NCBI GenBank assembly: GCA_963693365.1
Contig: CAVNZM010000026.1
Coordinates: 1-61,809 of the forward strand
DNA: 61,809 nucleotides
Reading direction: 5' to 3'
Source of the DNA: Amoebidium appalachense
Taxonomy: Eukaryota > Protista > Ichthyosporea
Part shown: piece by piece, positions 1 through 12,369 of the stretch
Layout of the letters: each line of letters starts with the position of its first letter
How positions within the stretch are numbered: the first letter of the stretch is position 1
Program-made: the position numbers and the translations under genes
The notes under the pieces: model-generated
Told to the model about the DNA's origin: nothing
Databases searched by the model: none
What the model saw: only the letters and a program-made list of their open reading frames with translations

Positions 1-483
1 CACCCACGCACCCACGCACCCACACAATCAGCATCACACAGGCATATAACACGGCAGCAACTAATGTGGTTGCATCCAGAGTTCGGCACATACTACGCAC
101 AGAGTTCGGCAAACAGTTGTGCTTTTGTGCTGGTCCGGCCACACACACCACCCCAACCGCCAGTTTTTTATTTATTTTTTTTATTTTTATTTTAACACGT
201 TTGGTTAACGTCATCCACCTGCTGCCGGAAGAGTGCATAGGACACAGTCCCATTAGCTACGTTAGAACACCAACCGCCAGTGACTTATAAATTTTTAAAT
301 TTTGGATAAAACTTAAAAACTGAGATGTGCATGTGGACAGAAATTTTAAGCGTGTTTATAGGGAGAGAAGGAGAGAGCTCTAGATACACAAGAGGGTCAA
401 AAAGGGGGACCGGGCCTGGACCACGTGATGGCTTCGTTGATGCTCATGCCAACACATGACGGTTGCCACGCGCGTGCAAATCT

Positions 484-1026
484 GAGAGAGAGAGAGAGAG
501 GGAGAGAGAGGGGGAGAGAGAGAGAGGGGGGGGGGGGAGAGAGAGAGAGAGTGTGTGTGTGTGTGTGTGTGTGGGGGGGTGGGGGGGGGGGGGGGGGGGG
601 GGGGGGAAGGGCTATTCGTTGGCAAGAGCCAGGAGAGACAGGGGGAAGAGTGGTGTCTATTGGTCTAATAAAGTAATGATGAATACCGGAGGGGGGGGGG
701 GGGGGGGGGGGGATGGGGGAGTGGGGGGGGGGGGGGGGGGGGGAAGGGGGAGGAAAGAACGGGAGGGGAGGGGGGGGGGGGGGAGGCGAGGTCTGCCAGG
801 CATAGAGAGGGAGATGCAGACAGAGGGGGGGGGGAGGGGGGGAGGGAGGAGGTGAATACCGGAGGGGGGGGGGGGGGATGGGGGATTGGGGGGGGGGGGG
901 GGGGGGGGGGGGGGAGAGGGGGAGGAAAGAACGGGAGGGGGGAGGGGGGGGGGGGGGGGGGGGGCGGGGTCTGCCAGGCATAGAGAGGGAGATGCAGACA
1001 GAGGGGGGGGGGGGGGGGGAGGGAGG

Positions 1027-1078
<52 letters not shown>

Positions 1079-1877
1079 GATGGGGGCAGGAAGGCCGGGG
1101 GAGGAGCGGGCCCGGGTGGGGAGAGCATGGAATGATAACATGTGTGAAGGAGCAGCGAGGTCGGTGAGGAAGAAGGGGAGGGGGGGGGGAGGGGAACAAG
1201 GTTAAGAAAAACAATACACCAAATGACCTCCCCCCCCCCCCCCCCCCCCCCCCCGCCCACCGCCCCCTCCCCCTCCCCATCCCATTCATTTCATCCCAGA
1301 TCTGCCAAGAAGCATTCATCAACATCATGGGAATGTGCCGAAACACGTTCATGGCCAGAAAGAATGAATTCCTACAAGGAGCTCGGTTTTACGTACATGG
1401 CAACACCGGTGAAGGCAACATCTCTTTGGCGGTGGAGAGATTTATTGCCTGGTTTTCCGAATTCATCGACCTCATCGGTCAGTTGATGCCCGACACGTCT
1501 ACGATACGCTTGCCGCCCGCTTACACCAAGGAAGAGATCTGGATGGAGTACGTCAGGGTGTGTATTTCATATATACCCCCCCCCCCCCCCCCCCCCCCCC
1601 CCCAAACCACATCTCAATGCATACACCTACACGCACGTACATACGCACACACGCAACTACGTACACGGAATTACACACACATGCACACATGCACACATGC
1701 ACACCGTTCTACACACACATACACACATACACGAACACGTATTATAAACATGCACGCTAACACATGCACAAGCATACACTGCTGGGCACAGCCACCCACC
1801 CACCCACCCGCTCACCTGCTAAACCTCATTCCCACACACAAACACACCCATAAACTGTCAGAGAGAGAGAGACACCG

Positions 1878-1920
<43 letters not shown>

Positions 1921-1964
1921 CCCACACAGGCGCATGCAGCATCATATTGCTTCACATTACCTTA

Positions 1965-2023
<59 letters not shown>

Positions 2024-2635
2024 TTCTCGAACACAAAATCAATAGAACACAAACACACACACCCACACCCACCCACCCACCACCCCACCCACCCGCAGCC
2101 ACACCCCTACACTCACACCCACACCCAAACCCACACCCACATACGTATATAATTTGCTCTCCCCCCTCCCCCCCCCCCCCCCTCCCCCCCCTCCCCCCCA
2201 CAAGCACTCCTGCATATATGGTACAATGCAACCAAGGAAGCCCACGAACACACAAGCACAGGAAAACATGGCTGGGCATTCAGACACACCCACCCGCAAA
2301 CCCACCCACCCATCCACCAATCTACCCAAACAACCAAATTCCCGCGGGTCCACACACTCACTCATAAATCCACCTATTCACGAAACTTGCTTTATCTCAC
2401 TCAGTGTCACCTGTTTAACCTCATTACCCAGATACAAACACACCCAGGCACACACAGAGAGATACCAACCCACACAATGCCGTCCACCCACCCACACAGG
2501 CACATCCATCACAATGTCATATTGACCCACACTGCCTTACCCATGCCTTCACCATCGAAGCACACGTGGCATGCAATGGTGCACGTGAAACCCCACTCCC
2601 CCCCCCCCCCCCCCCATCCCCCCCCCCTCCTTCCC

Positions 2636-2670
<35 letters not shown>

Positions 2671-3351
2671 CCGAACAACACACAAGCACTATGGCATCCT
2701 TATCAACATGCATACATACATAAACAACCTTTTGAAACACAAGCGTGTGACATGCATTTTATCGTACATTATTAACTTTTACAACCAGCACACTGCAACT
2801 CAGGAGGTTATGCACACACACATACACACATACCCACACACACACACAAACTTCAAACGACACACACATGCAATCACACACCACACAGCACATTACACAT
2901 GTCCCTATTACCATCGAAGCAACACCCAAACACCCAAACAAACAAAGGGACATCCATTACGAAACACAAACACACACACACACAGGCACACAAGCACATA
3001 CACACGTACACACGCACAGTGTCAGGCACACACACATGCAAGGGCACCCACACACATACACACACGAAAACATCCATCCAAAACTCCACATTCGAAACAC
3101 AACCTCTATTCTACCCATACAGATATTGTTACATAAATACTGACCTACGTCCGCTTGGAAAACACAGGATATCACAGCCGAGGACACAGCCAACCAAGAA
3201 GAATTCGAGGCACGGTGGGCACAGCTCCATCCCGATTTCGACGAACAGGAACATGTACTTGGCCCCGACCAGGCACGTCTCTCTCCCCCCCTCTGTGTGG
3301 CTGTGTACATGTGTGTGTACGTGTGTGCTTGTGTGTGTGTATGTGTTTTTT

Positions 3352-3382
<31 letters not shown>

Positions 3383-3474
3383 GGGAGGGGGGGGATGTGG
3401 AGGAAGACAACAGGGTGGGCAGTTTAAGCATGTGTGTGAGAATGTGTGCGTGTATGGGTACGTGTGTGCATGCT

Positions 3475-3551
<77 letters not shown>

Positions 3552-3783
3552 TGGAGAACTTGGGAGGGGGGGAGGGGGGGGGGGCAAGCACTGCAATGTT
3601 GAGTACATTGGGGCAAACAGAGTGTATACCGAGGGAGAGGGGGGCAGGGGGGGATAATGGGCCAAACCTGTCCATCTTCCGTATTTGGGATAGTATACGT
3701 CGTAATGTAGCTGACATCCTGACATCATGTGAGGTATGCAGCATAACATGCACCTCCATGCAACCCTACTTCTTAAGCGCCTA

Positions 3784-3864
<81 letters not shown>

Positions 3865-4551
3865 CGTGTGTGTTACAGTATGTGTACGTCAGAATGTGTA
3901 GGCGAATTGGTATGTGAGCATACGTGCATGAAATCGTGTAAACCCCCCCCCTCCCCCCCCCCCCCCCCCCCCCCCGGGGGGGAAGGCAGAACAACAAGAA
4001 CAACAACAACAAAAAAAAACACCCCGCCTACACCTTACTGACAGAGAGAAAAAAACCCACACTAATCGATCTTCACACCTTCCAGACTGCCTCAGGCCAC
4101 AAGCGCAAACGGCAAGCACGGGTAACAGACAAGGGCTACCTTGATCAAGAGGGGTTTCACGCAGCCTGGAGAACCCATTTCAAGGGTGTAAGTTTAAGCA
4201 CCGAGACCACCAACTTCGTCAAATGTGAGTACTGCTGCATTCTCAAGGCCCGCCTCAAGCTGGCCACCACCAATGCTGCAAGGATCCACATCCGTGAACT
4301 GCGGGAGGCACACATCAATCTCCAAAGGCTGGTGGCCCCCCCCTCCCCCTCCCCCCCCCCCCCCCCCCCCCCCCCACCCACCCACCAAACGCCATCACCA
4401 CCACCACCATCATTACGTGCACGGCACACACATACACAAAACCTTTACAACATCACACCTGACAACATCTTCCAAAGTAAACACCCACGCACGCACATTC
4501 ACACACACACACACACACACACAAACAAGCATGCACACCTGCACACTCCCG

Positions 4552-4644
<93 letters not shown>

Positions 4645-4774
4645 CCACAACCACACAGTCCGCCCCCCCTCCCCCCTCCCCCCATCCCCCCTCACACACA
4701 CACACACAGTCACATGTTCTCGTGGAGGAGGGCAAAGAAAGGGGGGGGAGGGGGGGGGGGGCAGCGGTGTTGTG

Positions 4775-4859
<85 letters not shown>

Positions 4860-5041
4860 GCGTGTGTGTGTGGTTGCGTGCGCGCATGCACGTGTGCGCA
4901 AGCACTTGGACTTCCCTCCCCCCCCCCCAAACACCATCACCACCACCACCATCATTACATGCACGGCACACGCATACACACAACCTCTAAAACAACACAC
5001 CTGACAACCTGTTCCAAAATAAACACCCACGCACGCACATT

Positions 5042-5091
<50 letters not shown>

Positions 5092-5155
5092 TGCACACCC
5101 GCACACCCGCACGTACCACACATGCACACACACAACCACAACCACACAGTCTTCC

Positions 5156-5188
<33 letters not shown>

Positions 5189-5266
5189 CTTGAACAAAAC
5201 ACACACACATAGTCATGTTTTCGTGGAGGAGGGAAAAAAAAAGGGGGGGAGCTTGGGTAGTGGCGT

Positions 5267-5342
<76 letters not shown>

Positions 5343-5350
5343 ACGTGTGT
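484..5350. repeat. Dense (CA/TG)n, (GA)n and poly-C/G tracts, mostly filling introns
   Basis: Directly visible simple repeats between coding exons. Confidence 0.95.
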
Positions 5351-7491
5351 GCGCAAGCACTTGCAAGTGACTGTGTGTACGTGTGTGCCTGCGCGTAGGG
5401 TATTTGGGTTGGTATTTGGGTTTGTATCTGGCGACATCACATGTATTTCAAATCACCGCATCGCGCACATCTCTTTGGTAGCAACTTCCTGCAATCAAAG
5501 TATGTCACTATATACATACACATATTCGCAACTAGAGTGCATGAAACCGCACAGCTTTGTCGTACACACACATATTCGCAATTATTAGAGTGCATGAAAC
5601 CGCACAGTTGTGTCGTACAGCCATTGAAGATAAACGAGTGACGTCATCCTAGTACCAACTAGGATGACGTCATCCTAGTTGTAACTAGGATATATTGTCC
5701 TAGTTGTAACTAGGATCCAGAGTCCTAGTTGTGATTAGGATCGGGTCTCCTGGTTGACACTAGGATTATGATCCTCCTAACCATATATATAGTGATTGAC
5801 CATGAGATGTCACAGAAAGGAGAGAGAGAGCTATTACCAGCATCGGTCAGCTGCAATTCGGGAGCCACACAAGTACATGAGTGTCATCGTTGACTCAATG
5901 GACCAAGCAAAATCCGAAATCCCGAACGTACATTGGAACTCCAAAGCCGCGAGCTCGATTCCCAAGAAGGCCGTTCGGATAACCAGTGTCCTCGTTCATG
6001 GCCGCACCCTCTACACAATCGTGGATGAGCACGGTCGCAAGGGTGCCAATGTCCAAATCGCGGCACTCACGTTGGCAATCGAGCGTGAATTGGAGATACG
6101 GGGCTCGTTGCCAGAGACGTTGTACGTGCAAATGGATAACGCCTCCGAGAATCATTGCAACGCAATGATGCAATTTTTTGAATTACTCGTTTCTAGGGGT
6201 GTGTTCACCACTGTGGAGTGTTCGTTCCTTCTTCCGGGACATACGCACGAGGATATCGATGGCCGCTTTCGGGGATTCAACCATTACCTGACTGAGCAAC
6301 CGCCGCGGACTGTTCCCGATTTGATGGAGACTTTGAAAAAGCGACCAAGATCGAAAGATTTAGCGCCGTATATTCGCCAAAGAGGGAGAGTGGTGGAGCC
6401 TCCTGAGGTGCACAATGTACAAGCCATTCCAGAGTTCACAGAGTGGTTAGGCCCCTTGCGCCGATCCCCTGTCGTACTTCGCAAAATGGCGATGCTTCCG
6501 ATGGATCAAACTGGACACTGGCGTAAAATTTGAGGTTCGGCGACTTGCCAGCCAAGGCGAGTGGATAGAATGTAGAGGTTCGCGTAAGGCTCTTCTTCAC
6601 ACGCTCCCCAACCAGCCTGCATCGATGTCAATCAAGGTGAACCAAGGGTCGTCTATTCAGCCTTTTCCGATTTGGCTACGCGAACAATGGGGCACACTTG
6701 GAAGTATGCTTGAGCGATTGGCTAAGGACAATGTATTTTTGGACCCTGATGGAGAGCACCTGGAGTGGTGGAAGGAGCAAGCGCAGAGTGCCGGATATGA
6801 TACAGTGACAGGCGAGTTCACGCAACCTGCGCCGGCATTCGAAAATGTCATTACGTTTCCCTTTCGGCTGGTTAGCGATTTGACATCCAATCGATCATAC
6901 CCGCGACCGCCCCCTCCAGGTCTTCCGGCCATCCCGGACGAACTTGAAGATCCGAACAACAGAGATGGAGATGACTGCGACATACCGTGCAATGGGGCTG
7001 ACGGTAGGAGGGAAAGGCGCCAAATCGTAAAATTTACAAACCCGGGTGCTCCCAACGAAAATGATTTTGTGTTGGTGCACACTTGGGACGACACACAGAA
7101 TACTCCCGGATCAGACTACTTGGGGGAATTTTGTGTGGCGAAAGTAATTCATATTGAAAATCCAGAGGCCCTACCGGCTGATAGAACTTTTTGGGTGCAT
7201 TGGTGGTGTCCTGATGGTGTGGCTAGTGATCTGAGATATGACGCAAAACTGCAACCTATGTTTATTCACAAGGAAGATCCTGCAAGGCAGACTTCCACTA
7301 CCTTTCCAGTTTTGACTTGCACAGATAAAAGTTTTCAGGGGTTCTATAGGCCGAATGTACAGAAGGAGCAGTTAAAGGAATATGTTCAATGGATAGACCC
7401 TGTGAAATTCGAGAATATGTGTGGGACGATTTCTACCGGAAGTAGTTTTCTTGGAAAATCGGGTAAGGGTAACAGGTTCAATGTTGTTTAA
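1300..7491 (+). mobile_element. Spliced DDE/D transposase gene (Sola-like/DUF7869-like), one frameshift near 6460; 5' exons not resolved
   Basis: Exons 1300-1557, 3168-3272, 4086-4327 and 5816 onward join in frame: ICQEAFINIMG..WFSEFIDLIGQLMPD..FHAAWRTHF..FVKCEYC..HINLQRKERESYY..IVDSMDQAK..LYVQMDNASEN..FLLPGHTHEDIDGRF. Three candidate catalytic Asp motifs. A +1 shift continues into ORF 6625-7491. Confidence 0.8.
5641..5766. repeat. Tandem array of short palindromic units (TCCTAGTTGTAACTAGGA-like)
   Basis: About six copies of cctagt-n-actagg; the first unit acgtcatcctagt..actaggatgacgt is a long hairpin. Confidence 0.85.
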
Positions 7492-7771
7492 ATCTCAATT
7501 AATGGCATTGCTCGAATTAAGCAAATCGGAGGTCAAGCGGGGTTTGGAAAAATAATAGTACTGAACAAAAGTAAGAATCTTATCCATGTTTTAGCAAACA
7601 CTTCTAAATTTTCGTAAAGTCTGATTGGTGTGAATGACGCATGGCTGTGCCAACCCATAATATTATAGCCTCAGGCATTGCCGGCAACTTATTTTTGACC
7701 CAAAATTGCAAAAATAAAACGGCAGAAATCGCTGCACGTGTCCATTATCTCAAAAGTCCTAAGTACCCTCC

Positions 7772-8716
7772 TTACGACCAGCCCAGCTTTGCACAGATGG
7801 CCTGCCATGTGCGGTCGTGGTCACAGAGTTTGTCTGCAGACTTTAGCAGGGGTATGTGGGGTAGATAGGCGCCCCACTGGAGCAGCTCGCAGAACTTGAA
7901 CAGCAGGTAGTTGACCGAGAGGAAGTTGATCCTGTCATCGCACGCGTCCTTGAACACGCCCTGCGTCTGCATGAACATGTCGCGCAGGCGGTCCAGCTGC
8001 TCGGGGTTGAACTGCGGGCACTGAATGCCAAATGCGCTCTGCATGATGCTGGGGATGTTTCGGTAGTAGCGGTTGAGCTTGCGGCTTCTCAGGAGCTTCT
8101 TGACATGTGCGTGCGTGATGCGTTCCATGGGGTAGTGCAGCGTGGCCGCGTCCCTGACAAACTCGATGACGTCAACCGGTATGTCTGTGGTCTCCTTGCC
8201 CTGGAAGTGCACGAGCGTCTCGTTGAAATGGTTGAGCGGCTTGTATACCTGTTGGCGCTGGCTGCGGGGTGGGGGCATCTTGAACACCGACTTGTTGAAC
8301 TCACAGAACCCGGGCACGGCCTCACCGCACTCGTCGCACACGTACATCTCCCTCATCTTGTCCAGCAGGCCGACGCCGCACGCGGGGCAGGGATCGGGCT
8401 CGCGGCGGGGAGCACGGTCCTGCACGTCCTCCACATGGGTCAGGTAGTCGCGATACACCTCCCTCCTCGAATCCCTGTCGCTGCACTCGTAGTGCTTAAG
8501 CATGTAGGGCAGGGTGTCGAGAAGGAACTCAACCTCCTCCTGGACAACAGCGGCGTCGCCGATCCTGCGGCGCTTGGCAAACTCGGCCATGCGCACGTCC
8601 ACACGCGACTCCATGTCGTTCTGGGCCACGTGCTGCACATACTGCTTGTCTGCCTCGCAGCCCTTCTTGGACCGGTAGGGCGCGCGCATCGGGCGCTTGC
8701 GCTCGTCCGCTGACAT
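7772..8716 (-). CDS. VLTF3: Viral late transcription factor 3 (VLTF3/A2L-like)
   Basis: CxxC..CxxC zinc ribbon, YKPLNHFNETLVHFQGKE, LNRYYRNIPSI, RINFLSVNYLLFKFCELL, PLLKSADKL..W..IC..LGW. ATG at 8716 lies ~41 nt below a TATA motif. Confidence 0.93.
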   Translation of the reverse strand: MSADERKRPMRAPYRSKKGCEADKQYVQHVAQNDMESRVDVRMAEFAKRRRIGDAAVVQEEVEFLLDTLPYMLKHYECSDRDSRREVYRDYLTHVEDVQDRAPRREPDPCPACGVGLLDKMREMYVCDECGEAVPGFCEFNKSVFKMPPPRSQRQQVYKPLNHFNETLVHFQGKETTDIPVDVIEFVRDAATLHYPMERITHAHVKKLLRSRKLNRYYRNIPSIMQSAFGIQCPQFNPEQLDRLRDMFMQTQGVFKDACDDRINFLSVNYLLFKFCELLQWGAYLPHIPLLKSADKLCDHDRTWQAICAKLGWS

Positions 8717-8769
8717 GCTAGTTGGCAAGAAAGTGTGCCGCGGACGCGCCTTATATACCTGCGGGAGCC

Positions 8770-9462
8770 CTAGTTCACGCTGTCGGCCTGGATGATGAAC
8801 AGTATGGGGAAGGTACTCCCTGGGATGCTTTCAGCGAACGAGCCCGTTGCGGCGCTCAAACCCAGGTTTGTGGCCTGCCCAGACCCTTGAGAAGCGACGC
8901 TTGTTCCCAGCAACTCGATGATTTCAGTGCCGTGGGCAACAGACTCGCGGCTGTAGTCGGGGGGGGGAGGTGCCCGACCCGGCTTAACGCCACAGTAGCC
9001 CAAGACGTTCTTTGGGGTGGCCAACACGCATTCACCGCCTACGCTTACGGTGCCAGGCCCGCAGCTTCCCCCTTTCCGCGAGCTCGAGCGAACACGCATG
9101 GTTGCGGCAGGTCTGGACTTGGGGGCGGCAGTGGGCTTCCTGGTTGCCATTGCCTTGGTTGGGGCTTGAACGGGTTTAGAAACCGGCCTCCTGGAGGCGG
9201 CCTTGGGGGCAACGCTCACCCGCATGGTCCCCATTGGTTTCAGAGGACGCATGGCGGTCGCAAGCTTGGGTTTCTTTGGGGGGTGGCCGACGGTCGCATG
9301 CTTGGCTGGTGCCTTGCGCTTGGCGCTGTCACCTGGCATCCCCAGACGCCCAGCACGACCGATGAGCGACTCGAGCGCCTTCACCTCCAACTCCAGGTTA
9401 CTGGTGGACACGGGAACAGGCAGCACGCGTGATGCTTCCGTCAGTTTAGTGTTCCTGCGCAT
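8770..9462 (-). CDS. Basic Lys/Arg/Ala/Pro-rich hypothetical protein
   Basis: ATG-started 230-aa ORF in co-oriented viral gene run; H1-like composition in the middle. Confidence 0.6.
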   Translation of the reverse strand: MRRNTKLTEASRVLPVPVSTSNLELEVKALESLIGRAGRLGMPGDSAKRKAPAKHATVGHPPKKPKLATAMRPLKPMGTMRVSVAPKAASRRPVSKPVQAPTKAMATRKPTAAPKSRPAATMRVRSSSRKGGSCGPGTVSVGGECVLATPKNVLGYCGVKPGRAPPPPDYSRESVAHGTEIIELLGTSVASQGSGQATNLGLSAATGSFAESIPGSTFPILFIIQADSVN

Positions 9463-9485
9463 TTATTTGTGGACAAGAAAAGATA

Positions 9486-10313
9486 TCACACACAGCGCCG
9501 GGCAACGTTGGCCAGCTTCGTTTGCTCCGCATGGAAGAGAGCCAGCTGTGCATCGTAGTCGAGGGTCTCGTTTGTGCGCACGTTACATCTCTGGAAGAGT
9601 ATGTAGCGTACACGCCGGTAGAGGTCCTCGCTGAACAGCGTGATGTCCAGTGGAAGCACGCCGTACTCCCCAAACCATGACAGGATGTCCTTGTCCAACT
9701 CGTTGGGCTGATACCAGTCAGGAAGCGCCATCAGCGTGTCGGGGGTTTTCTTTCGCACCAGCTCCTCCAACTCTATAAGGTAGGTCTGGATCTTGGACGC
9801 CTCGTCCAGGCCGATTCGCCACTTGCACGCGTACTTATCCAGGTCCTCGATGATCCACGGCTCCCTGCAGCTGGAGCTTGCCTCGAGGGACGAGAAGTCA
9901 TCAGGGAAAGACCCGAACATGGCCATGCGGATGCGCGAGTAGACGTCCTCGGCCACCTTGAACACGCTCACATCGGTGGCCTCGTCGAGTGCGGATCCCT
10001 TGGCGCCGTTTTTGTTGATGTCGACACCGAGATTGATGACGCATCCAAGAATAAACCCAACTGCGTCCAATGGCTGCAGGCGCCCCTTGCAGGAACCGAC
10101 GACCTGCTGGACGGCGTACAGGCCACGCCATACATAGAGCGAGGCCCGGTCGGCGACCGGCGCCGACACGCACATCTCGCGCGCATAGTCCTTCTTCTGC
10201 CTGATCAACAAGTGCTTTGCGGCCTTGACGTCATTCTCTGATGTGGGGCCGGTGGCCTTTTTCAGCACCAGGTTGGTGGTGTTTGTGATGTTTGCTTTGT
10301 CGTACTTGGGCAT
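9486..10313 (-). CDS. Hypothetical viral protein
   Basis: 275-aa ATG ORF, GC3-rich codon use, tiles with neighbours. Confidence 0.75.
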   Translation of the reverse strand: MPKYDKANITNTTNLVLKKATGPTSENDVKAAKHLLIRQKKDYAREMCVSAPVADRASLYVWRGLYAVQQVVGSCKGRLQPLDAVGFILGCVINLGVDINKNGAKGSALDEATDVSVFKVAEDVYSRIRMAMFGSFPDDFSSLEASSSCREPWIIEDLDKYACKWRIGLDEASKIQTYLIELEELVRKKTPDTLMALPDWYQPNELDKDILSWFGEYGVLPLDITLFSEDLYRRVRYILFQRCNVRTNETLDYDAQLALFHAEQTKLANVARRCV

Positions 10314-10351
10314 TTATAGCGGCCACGGAAAATATTGGGAGGCACCGTGCT

Positions 10352-10612
10352 TCAACCACTGAACCTGCTGATCATGCGTGCGATGTCGCCGAACTTGGCG
10401 TTGGCCATCTTGGGAAACAGTGGGGCAAGGGCGCGGTCCACCTTGATCCTTTGGCCTTCGGCAAGACCTTTCTTCTTGGCGTACGCCCACACCGCCTTTA
10501 CGATCTGTCCACGCGTGGCCGACGACTTGTGCATGAAGCCCTTGAGGGGGGGATTGAGCTTGACGGGACGATTGAACGCCGATTTGGTCTTGCGCGTGTA
10601 GCATATGGCCAT
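10352..10612 (-). CDS. SWIB/MDM2 domain protein
   Basis: FNRPVKLNPPLKGFM..TRGQIVKAVWAYAKKKGL..RIKVDRALAPLF matches the stand-alone SWIB pattern. Confidence 0.88.
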   Translation of the reverse strand: MAICYTRKTKSAFNRPVKLNPPLKGFMHKSSATRGQIVKAVWAYAKKKGLAEGQRIKVDRALAPLFPKMANAKFGDIARMISRFSG

Positions 10613-10668
10613 TGCTCATGTCGACAATAAAATCCATGACTGCAAGGACCCGCCACTGTTCTGTGACT

Positions 10669-11448
10669 CTATCTGACCTTGACGTTGAACTCCTGCGGCA
10701 GCGTTGGCCCCGCCACCATGTCCGGGATGGGCATCATCGGCGCGTCCGTGTTCGCCAGCCCGCGGATCTCGGCAAAGTCGTGTGTGCGGATCCCCCTGCG
10801 TGCATGCACCACCTTCTCTGGGTCCACGCGTGCCGGGTTTGTCGCGTATGTCGGTAGCGGCGGCCGCACGCCCTGCTGTGCATCCTCCCTGCTGTTCAGC
10901 ACGGCCTCCGGCCGGGCTCCCTCGTTGCGCATGTTGCCGTTGTACACTGGCGCGCGCGTGCGTGTGCGGTACAGCTCACGCATGTAGTTGCTGCGCGACT
11001 GCTGTTCCTCGGGATGCACATGGCCGTCGACGGCAGCACCTGCCAGCACGGCCACGGTCTGGGGGAGGGGTGTGCGGTCGGCGGCGTTGGCGGCGTCGTC
11101 GAAGGGCTTCTGCCGTTGGTAGGGCGAGAGGTAGCGGAATCTGCCGTAGTGCTCGTCATGGGGCACCTCCATGACCTTGGTGTTGAGACGGTCGAGGGGG
11201 TTGAACGGCCGATTGAGGCCGAGGGCGTCAGTGGCCCCGGCGTGCGGTGCATAAAGGGTGTTCCTGTCGAGGTTCAGGTTAGGCTGGAAGTCTGCGGGGG
11301 ACAGGGGCGGGGCGGGCTTGGGCGGAGGGTCCGGGTTGTCAAACCCCCAGGCCTGATAGAACGGATTGCCTTCGTGCGAACTCACGTACAGGTAGACCAC
11401 CGCCAAACACACGATTGCAAGGGCGAGCTCCGAGTGCGAACTGTCCAT
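10669..11448 (-). CDS. Hypothetical protein with N-terminal membrane anchor
   Basis: ELALAIVCLAVVYLYV hydrophobic N-terminus; 259-aa ATG ORF. Confidence 0.7.
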   Translation of the reverse strand: MDSSHSELALAIVCLAVVYLYVSSHEGNPFYQAWGFDNPDPPPKPAPPLSPADFQPNLNLDRNTLYAPHAGATDALGLNRPFNPLDRLNTKVMEVPHDEHYGRFRYLSPYQRQKPFDDAANAADRTPLPQTVAVLAGAAVDGHVHPEEQQSRSNYMRELYRTRTRAPVYNGNMRNEGARPEAVLNSREDAQQGVRPPLPTYATNPARVDPEKVVHARRGIRTHDFAEIRGLANTDAPMMPIPDMVAGPTLPQEFNVKVR

Positions 11449-11506
11449 TGAGAAGGGCTACATTAATGCCACCGCCACGGGTTGGCGCTGTTTATTGCCT
11501 GTGCGC

Positions 11507-12016
11507 TCAGCGCCGGCACACCTGGTAGTCGACCACGTACCGCACGCGGTCCCGCAGCGTCCGCAGGTGGCTGACCCCAAACAGCCGCCCGTGCTTGTTG
11601 ACCTTGCGGTCAAGGCACACCTCGAGCGCGCCCTCGCACGGCCGCCACTGGTTGTCAGGGCACAGGATCTCGAGCGTGACCTTGGTCAGGCGCACACTCT
11701 TGTGGATGTTGCCGTTCGAGTCGATGGTGTTGGACTCCGTGTACGGCACCAGCGGCTTGCGCCCGTCCATTAGGCCCCAGCCGTTGGCCACCTCCAAGTC
11801 GACGTAGCTGTTCTCAGACCCCACATCGTACACCAGCTTGAACGTCTTCTTCTGCCCCGCCACGCGCACCGTCACCATGTGCGTCTTCGAGCACTCGGGG
11901 ATCAGGAACACCGGCACCTTGCTGTGCCGCGTCGACGTCCGCCGCACGCACGTCTCGAGCCGTCGTGCCCGGCAAGCGCAGCCGCGCCCTCTGGCTTTGC
12001 GTTTTCGTTGATGCAT
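11507..12016 (-). CDS. Retropepsin-like aspartyl protease-fold protein
   Basis: VTVRVAG..FKLVYDVGSENSYV resembles the hhhD[TS]G[AS]xxSh motif; LFGVSHL resembles the C-terminal LLG motif. Confidence 0.65.
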   Translation of the reverse strand: MHQRKRKARGRGCACRARRLETCVRRTSTRHSKVPVFLIPECSKTHMVTVRVAGQKKTFKLVYDVGSENSYVDLEVANGWGLMDGRKPLVPYTESNTIDSNGNIHKSVRLTKVTLEILCPDNQWRPCEGALEVCLDRKVNKHGRLFGVSHLRTLRDRVRYVVDYQVCRR

Positions 12017-12063
12017 ACTGGGGGCCCACAATGTAGCGTTGGCCGCTCAACGGCCGCGCCTTT

Positions 12064-12360
12064 TTAGGGCTTCTTGAAGCTCTTCCAGCACCGCCGCTTG
12101 CGGCAGCAGCCCCGCTTGGTCTTCTTGCGCCCGGGAACCAGGCCCTTGCACTGGCCGGCGTACGAGCACATGACGTACTTCATGTTGTAGTCGGTGACGC
12201 GCTTGATCCACTCGGGATCCGCCGAGGGGAAGCGCTTGTAGAGGTCCTGGCCGATCATGGCCTTGACGTGGTGGTCTGTGATGCCCGTGCTTTCCGGTAA
12301 CATTTGCAGAAGGCGCAAAAACATATGCTGCGTCGCGCCGTGGGAGCTATTTTGGTTCAC
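12064..12360 (-). CDS. Small basic hypothetical protein
   Basis: 98-aa ORF filling the gap in the minus-strand run; Lys/Arg/Cys-rich tail. Confidence 0.55.
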   Translation of the reverse strand: MNQNSSHGATQHMFLRLLQMLPESTGITDHHVKAMIGQDLYKRFPSADPEWIKRVTDYNMKYVMCSYAGQCKGLVPGRKKTKRGCCRKRRCWKSFKKP

Positions 12361-12369
12361 AACGCCCGC

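Noticed and set aside
380-5600. Long ORFs rich in HT, CV, P or G runs
   Set aside because: Translations of microsatellites and homopolymers; only the short non-repetitive exons are credible.
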